Source: Deltaproteobacteria bacterium (GTDB lineage: Bacteria > Desulfobacterota > Syntrophia > Syntrophales > UBA5619). Taken from it: a stretch of 64,000 nt of DNA. Numbering within the stretch: position 1 is the stretch's first letter; every line of letters begins with the position of its first letter. Location: positions 6,170-70,169 of the forward strand of contig JAFGRP010000167.1 in the NCBI GenBank assembly GCA_016935075.1, read 5' to 3'. The notes under the pieces were generated by a model. The model saw only the letters and a program-made list of their open reading frames with translations. It was not told the DNA's origin and did not search any database. Positions 59,185 to 64,000 of this stretch are shown one piece after another. Made by a program: the position numbers and the translations under genes.

Positions 59185-60141
59185 ATGGCGAGGATCGGCG
59201 TTCTCATCGAAGAGAAGGACGGCAAGGTCAAGAGGACCAATCTCGGCGCGTTGACCGCTGCAAGACAGGGTTCCGTCGACAACGAGGTTTATGCACTGCT
59301 GTTTGGCGACCACGCAGAGACCTGCCGGGAAGCATTGCAGCGTTACGGTGCGGAAAAGATCGTAGCCATCCGGACGCCGGAACCTGATCCGTCGGCGTTC
59401 CCGGAGATGCAGGCTGCCGCCCTCTGTCTCGCGATGGACGCATTTTTGCTGGATGCGCTCCTCGGGGTTGCCGGCCAGTACGGAAAGGACATGCTGGCCC
59501 GGGTGGCCTCGCTGAAAGGGGCGCCTCTGGTCCTGGACTGTCTGGAAATCGATTTTTCCTCCGGCATCGTCAAGAAATCCCATTTTTCCGGAAAGACGAC
59601 GGCAACACTCCGTCTGAACGGCCGGCCCTGGATTTTGGGAATCAGACCCAATATCTTCCCCGAACTTGCGGATCCCCGGAATGCCGAAATCCTGAATTAC
59701 GAGCCGCGGATCCAGGAGGCAAAACGGCTGGCGATCCGGGAAATCAAACACGGCGGCTCAGGAGGGCCGGATGTTTCCGAAGCCGAAATCATCATTTCCG
59801 GCGGACGTCCACTCGGATCCGGGGAGAACTTTAAAATCCTGAGAGACTGCGCCGCAGTTTTCGGGGCGGCGGTCGGGGCTTCCCGGGCCGCGGTGGATGC
59901 CGGCTTCGCGACCCATGCAATGCAGGTGGGCCAGACGGGTAAAACGGTCAGTCCCCGGCTCTACATCGCCTGCGGCATATCCGGATCCGTTCAACATTTC
60001 GCGGGTATGAAAACATCCAAGATTATCGTCGCCATCAACAATGATGCCGATGCGCCCATTTTCAGCAAATGCGATTACGGCCTGATCGGCGATCTTTTTA
60101 AAGTGGTGCCCGCCTTGACAAAGGCGCTGGGGAAGGGGTGA
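59185..60141 (+). CDS. etfA: electron transfer flavoprotein alpha subunit
   Basis: C-terminal FAD signature YIACGISGSVQHFAGM. 318 aa with no N-terminal ferredoxin domain. Confidence 0.9.
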   Translation: MARIGVLIEEKDGKVKRTNLGALTAARQGSVDNEVYALLFGDHAETCREALQRYGAEKIVAIRTPEPDPSAFPEMQAAALCLAMDAFLLDALLGVAGQYGKDMLARVASLKGAPLVLDCLEIDFSSGIVKKSHFSGKTTATLRLNGRPWILGIRPNIFPELADPRNAEILNYEPRIQEAKRLAIREIKHGGSGGPDVSEAEIIISGGRPLGSGENFKILRDCAAVFGAAVGASRAAVDAGFATHAMQVGQTGKTVSPRLYIACGISGSVQHFAGMKTSKIIVAINNDADAPIFSKCDYGLIGDLFKVVPALTKALGKG

Positions 60142-60144
60142 ATC

Positions 60145-62565
60145 ATGCGCGAAAGTGCACAGGTTGTCATCATCGGCGGCGGCATCGTCGGGTGCAGCAT
60201 TGCTTACCATCTCACCAAACGGGGGTTGAAGGATGTGATCATCCTTGAAAAGGGAGAACTGACCAGCGGATCGACATGGCACGCGGCAGGCCTGGTGGGA
60301 CAGCTTCGCTCGCACCGCAACGTCACGAGGATGCTTCAGTACAGTGTCAGCCTCTACGAGACGCTGGAAGCGGAAACCGGCCTCACGACCGGCTGGAAGC
60401 GCTGCGGATGTCTCCATCTGGCCGGTACGGAAGACCGGCTTTTTGAGCTGAAGAAAGGGGCAACCACGGCGCGCAGCTTCGGTCTTGAGATGCACATGAT
60501 TTCGCCGCAGGAGGCGCTGAAGATCTTTCCGATATTGGATATGGACGGCATCATCGGCGCGGCTTTCATGCCCTCCGACGGCCAGGCGGATCCCAGCGGA
60601 CTGACCATGGCCCTGGCCAAAGGGGCGATGAACCGCGGCGCCACGGTGGAGCAGAAGACACTGGTCACCGGTTTTCAGATCAAAGACAACCGCATTCAGG
60701 CCGTGGCAACCGACCGGGGAACGATCCGCTGCGAGACGGTCGTCAACGCGGCGGGCATGTGGGGCCGGGAGATCGGCCGCATGATGGGCGTGAACATCCC
60801 GCTGGTTCCTTTTCAGCATCAGTACCTGGTGACCGAAGCCATCGAGGGCCTGCCGCCCAATCTCCCCACCCTGCGCGACAAGGACAGCCTCCTCTATTAC
60901 AAGGAAGAGGTCGGGGGGCTCGTCATGGGCGGTTACGAACGGGACGGAATCCCCTGGTCCATCCACGGAATTCCCAAGGGATTCACCCAGGAACTGCTGG
61001 AGCCGGATTTCGACCACTTCGAGCCGATTTCCAGCGCTGCCATGAAACGCACCCCTTGCCTGAATCAAGCCGGCATTGCGCGCCTGGTCAACGGACCGGA
61101 GGCCTTTACACCCGACGGCAACTGCATCCTGGGCCCGGCGCCCGAGCTGGAAAACTGCTTTGTCGCCGTGGGATTCAATGCCTTCGGCATCGCCGCCGGC
61201 GGAGGGGCCGGACGGATGGTCGCCGAATGGATCGTGGACGGCGAACCCAGCCTCAACATCTGGCCTCTGGATATCCGACGCTTCGGCCGGCACCATCGGA
61301 GCGTCAGGTATAACGTCGAAAGGACCCGCGAACTCTACGGCAAGCATTACACCATCTCCTGGCCTTATGAAGAACATGACTCGGCCCGGGGGGTCAAACG
61401 ATCCCCCCTGTATTGGCCGCTCAAGGAAAAGGGGGCCGTTTATGGTTCGAAATTCGGATGGGAGAGGGCAAACTGGTTCGCCCCGCCCGGCGTGCTGCCC
61501 CAGGATTCCCCCACCTTCGGTATTCCCCATTGGTTTGAACACGTGGCTGCGGAGCATCGCGCGGCGCGCGAATCGGTGGTGCTTATCGACCAGTCCTCGT
61601 TCAGCAAGTTCGAGGTGGCCGGATCCGGCGCCCTGAGTTTCCTGAATCGCATCGCGGCAAATAATGTAGACAGGCCCGTAGGTTCGACTGTTTATACCCA
61701 GCTCTGCAACGAACGGGGTGGAATCGAGGCGGATATCACCCTGTCAAGGGTGGCGGAAAACCGGTTCTTCATCATCACGGGCACGGCCTTCGGCGTGCAC
61801 GATTTCATGTGGCTCAAAAAACATCTGCCGAAGGACGGCTCCGTCGCGCTGCGCGATGTAACCTCCTCCTTTGCGATGATTAACGTCTGTGGGCCCCTTT
61901 CACGGAAACTCCTCATGCGCGTCTCCGACGATGACTTCAGCAACGAAGGATTCGCCTTCGGTCAGTGTCGGGAGGTTGTGGTCGACTATGCCCCGGTCCT
62001 GGCCCTGCGGGTCACCTACATCGGCGAACTGGGATACGAGCTTTATATGCCGCCGGAATATTCCGCCGGACTCTATGAGAGCCTATGGAAAAACGGTCAT
62101 GATCTGGGTATCCGCAATGCCGGATACCGGGCGATCGACTCCCTCCGGCTGGAGAAAAGCTACCGCTACTGGGGCGCAGAGGTTTCGCCGGACTACAGTC
62201 CCTACGACGCCGGGATCGGTTTCGCCGTGAATCTCGACAAGGGCCCCTTCATTGGGCGTGAGGCACTCCTGAAGATCAGGAAGGAGGGATCACCCTGGAA
62301 GCTCTGCACCTTCACCCTGGATGCCGACCGTCCGATGCTCCTTCACGGAGGGGAAACCATCACCTGCAGGGGCAAGGTGGTTGGCGTAGTCTCCAGCGGC
62401 GGTTATGGCCACTTTGTGCGAAAGACCATCGCCCTGGGTTATCTGTCCGCTTCCGACGCACAGGAGACCGACGGATTTGCGATCGAGGTGTACCGGGAGG
62501 CGATTCCGGCCACACGGCTTTTGAAGGCTCCCTACGATCCGGAACGCAAGAAGATTTTCCTTTAG
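60145..62565 (+). CDS. FAD-dependent dimethylglycine/sarcosine dehydrogenase-like oxidoreductase with C-terminal GcvT (folate-binding aminomethyltransferase) domain
   Basis: VVIIGGGIVGCSIAYHL dinucleotide motif. GSTWHAAGL, the covalent-flavin His context of DMGDH/SARDH. 806 aa with a GcvT-like C-terminal half. Confidence 0.85.
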   Translation: MRESAQVVIIGGGIVGCSIAYHLTKRGLKDVIILEKGELTSGSTWHAAGLVGQLRSHRNVTRMLQYSVSLYETLEAETGLTTGWKRCGCLHLAGTEDRLFELKKGATTARSFGLEMHMISPQEALKIFPILDMDGIIGAAFMPSDGQADPSGLTMALAKGAMNRGATVEQKTLVTGFQIKDNRIQAVATDRGTIRCETVVNAAGMWGREIGRMMGVNIPLVPFQHQYLVTEAIEGLPPNLPTLRDKDSLLYYKEEVGGLVMGGYERDGIPWSIHGIPKGFTQELLEPDFDHFEPISSAAMKRTPCLNQAGIARLVNGPEAFTPDGNCILGPAPELENCFVAVGFNAFGIAAGGGAGRMVAEWIVDGEPSLNIWPLDIRRFGRHHRSVRYNVERTRELYGKHYTISWPYEEHDSARGVKRSPLYWPLKEKGAVYGSKFGWERANWFAPPGVLPQDSPTFGIPHWFEHVAAEHRAARESVVLIDQSSFSKFEVAGSGALSFLNRIAANNVDRPVGSTVYTQLCNERGGIEADITLSRVAENRFFIITGTAFGVHDFMWLKKHLPKDGSVALRDVTSSFAMINVCGPLSRKLLMRVSDDDFSNEGFAFGQCREVVVDYAPVLALRVTYIGELGYELYMPPEYSAGLYESLWKNGHDLGIRNAGYRAIDSLRLEKSYRYWGAEVSPDYSPYDAGIGFAVNLDKGPFIGREALLKIRKEGSPWKLCTFTLDADRPMLLHGGETITCRGKVVGVVSSGGYGHFVRKTIALGYLSASDAQETDGFAIEVYREAIPATRLLKAPYDPERKKIFL

Positions 62566-62580
62566 GTTGGGGACGACAAG

Positions 62581-63336
62581 ATGCAAAAGGATATCCTTCG
62601 GCAATACCGGCAATTCCTGAAGGACAACATCCGCAAGGCGTTCGATTTTTCACGGACGGACCAGAGCCGCGGGATACCGCCGCCGCCGGTCGAGAAACCC
62701 TATCGCAAGGATGCCGTACGGCTGAACCTTCCCCCCTTCGGGGAAATCGGGAAAATGGATCTTCCCTCCGCAATCGGCAGGCGGGAGAGCCGCCGCTCCT
62801 ACGGCTCCGAGCCGCTTTCACTCGAGGAATTGTCATTTCTCCTGTGGGCCACGCAGGGAATAAGGCAAAAACTCGACCCGGGTCACGCGTTGCGGACGGT
62901 TCCCTCGGCCGGCTGCCGCCATGCACTGGAAACCTATCTCTGCATCCTGAAGGTGCGGGGACTCGACGCGGGCATCTACCGTTACCTTCCATTGGAACAT
63001 CAACTGCTGTTTGAATCCGACGAAGAAGATCTCCATCGGAGGATCGTCCGGGCCGTTCTCGGCCAGCCCTATCCCGCGGAGGCAGCCGTTACCTTCATCT
63101 GGACGGCCGTTCCCTACCGTATGGAATGGCGCTACGGCCCGGCCGCGCACAAGGTGATCGCTCTGGATGCAGGACACGTCTGCCAGAATCTCTATCTGGC
63201 CTGTGAAGCAATCGGCGCAGGAACCTGCGCGATGGCCGCCTATGACCAGGAGGTGATCGACCGGCTGATCCGGATCGACGGGGAGGAGGAGTTCACGATT
63301 TACCTGGCTTCCGTCGGGAAAAACCCCGACAAATAA
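62581..63336 (+). CDS. SagB/ThcOx-type nitroreductase-family dehydrogenase
   Basis: RRSYGSEPLSLEELSFLLWATQG, VPSAGCRHALETY and LDAGHVCQNLYLA patterns of the SagB-type nitroreductase fold. Confidence 0.75.
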   Translation: MQKDILRQYRQFLKDNIRKAFDFSRTDQSRGIPPPPVEKPYRKDAVRLNLPPFGEIGKMDLPSAIGRRESRRSYGSEPLSLEELSFLLWATQGIRQKLDPGHALRTVPSAGCRHALETYLCILKVRGLDAGIYRYLPLEHQLLFESDEEDLHRRIVRAVLGQPYPAEAAVTFIWTAVPYRMEWRYGPAAHKVIALDAGHVCQNLYLACEAIGAGTCAMAAYDQEVIDRLIRIDGEEEFTIYLASVGKNPDK

Positions 63337-63404
63337 CCTTAATCATCCATCCCTGCTGCGATGCCTGTAAGCGCGTCTGCGGGGGAAAAGCCTGCGAGGC
63401 CTGA

Positions 63405-64000
63405 TTGTTGAACAACGCGCATTGCGGCAAAATCCGACCCCTGACAATCGCCGCCCTGATATGGCTTTGTACACTGCCGGTTTCCCTCCAGGCTGACGAT
63501 GCCCGCATCGAAGAGATCATCGACAGCCCCACGGTGAGCTATCAGAAGGCGTTCGTCGTCGATACGACTCCGAAGATGTGGAACAGGGTCCTGGACCATC
63601 TCTACCTCATAGGGCGGCTCTGGGAAATATACCGCTTCCAACCCGCCTATCAGGTGACCCGGACGGGTTCAGGTATCCATGTCGTCGATCCGTCGGGCAT
63701 CATCGGCGACGTCCGGCAGGTGGGGCGATCGGAATTTTCCCGGTTTTTTAAAGGACGGGCAGAGTTCAACCACTGGGCGGTGCCTTCCTTTTTTACCGCC
63801 GATTATGTAATTATATTCGAGTACGCGGCGGAGCGAAACAGGCTCCGTGGAGAGGTGAAAATATTCATGTTGGGAAACAACTGGCTCTCAAGAATCGCCA
63901 TGAAACTCTTTCCCGGCACCCTCATCCGTCACATCGACAATCGTTTCATACACAATCTGGAGGATCTGAAGAAAATCATCCGGGATATCGACGACGAACC
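63405..64000 (+). CDS. hypothetical secreted protein, 3' end cut by window edge
   Basis: Open frame from TTG 63405 (in-frame TGA at 63402) to the window end. It is absent from the ORF track because it has no stop. Signal-peptide-like KIRPLTIAALIWLCTLPVSLQA. I recognise no family. Confidence 0.5.
   Translation, partial: MLNNAHCGKIRPLTIAALIWLCTLPVSLQADDARIEEIIDSPTVSYQKAFVVDTTPKMWNRVLDHLYLIGRLWEIYRFQPAYQVTRTGSGIHVVDPSGIIGDVRQVGRSEFSRFFKGRAEFNHWAVPSFFTADYVIIFEYAAERNRLRGEVKIFMLGNNWLSRIAMKLFPGTLIRHIDNRFIHNLEDLKKIIRDIDDE

Noticed and set aside
59758-61557. 599-aa minus-strand ORF antisense to the DMGDH-like gene. Similar long antisense ORFs occur at 13850-14902, 6198-7271, 45910-46926, 48098-49081, 40092-41048, 19610-20548, 21889-22800 and 30226-31137.
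   Set aside because: Each lies entirely inside a plus- or minus-strand gene that has strong family motifs. Their translations are low-complexity Arg/Gly/Pro/His-rich with no recognisable motifs. This is typical of stop-poor antisense frames in GC-rich coding DNA.
63339-63641. 100-aa minus-strand ORF after the nitroreductase gene.
   Set aside because: It overlaps a longer plus-strand open frame that has a signal peptide and runs to the window end. It shows no motifs.
62581-64000. SagB-type dehydrogenase as marker of a thiazole/oxazole-modified microcin (TOMM) RiPP cluster.
   Set aside because: The window contains no YcaO/cyclodehydratase, no docking protein and no short precursor ORF. The gene is operonic with ETF/DMGDH-like genes instead. 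A cluster continuing beyond 64000 cannot be excluded.

Overview
Chromosomal window from a moderately GC-rich Gram-negative bacterium. Gene content (ADP-forming acetyl-CoA synthetase, CoA-transferases, ETF, crotonase, lptFG, arn genes) suggests a deltaproteobacterial or Syntrophia-like anaerobe, but this taxon guess is low confidence. I call about 60 CDS and 2 tRNAs. I see no rRNA, CRISPR array, transposase, integrase or prophage gene.

Layout:
- 1-18.2 kb: densely packed plus-strand housekeeping block (pyrH-frr-uppS-cdsA-dxr-rseP-tsaB, psd-pssA, asd-rsmD-coaD, a PurF-like gene, ispG-proS, rel, amidase, rph-rdgB, tRNA-Pro).
- 18.3-31.0 kb: minus-strand CoA-centred string (alpha/beta hydrolase, Nudix CoA-pyrophosphatase-like, ADP-forming acetyl-CoA synthetase, CoA-transferase fused to a Pat-type GNAT, DRTGG/Pta-N-like protein, phosphomannomutase). 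This is followed by tRNA-Met, a secreted FG-GAP protein and a second CoA-transferase-GNAT paralog.
- 31.4-44.1 kb: housekeeping genes (purB, nadB, tsaD, rsmA, panCD, ahcY, lptFG, a crotonase).
- 44.4-51.0 kb: L-Ara4N lipid A modification operon in the order arnT-B-C-A(FT)-A(DH)-D, with arnA split into two coupled genes.
- 51.1-63.3 kb: the most unusual part. An Fbp/AEP-type ABC importer and a HutC-type GntR regulator sit next to a tightly coupled six-gene operon: transaldolase-family protein, HisC-like aminotransferase, EtfB, EtfA, an 806-aa dimethylglycine/sarcosine-dehydrogenase-like flavoenzyme and a SagB-type nitroreductase. I cannot map this to any characterised pathway.

Other points worth a second look:
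- Two CoA-transferase/GNAT fusions, one with degenerate motifs.
- A PurF homolog whose N-terminal nucleophile Cys is Gly.
- An apparent CTG start for rdgB overlapping the rph stop.
- A TCTATT(G)ACAT repeat array at the tRNA-Met promoter.

All functional calls come from reading motifs in the supplied translations. No database search was run.
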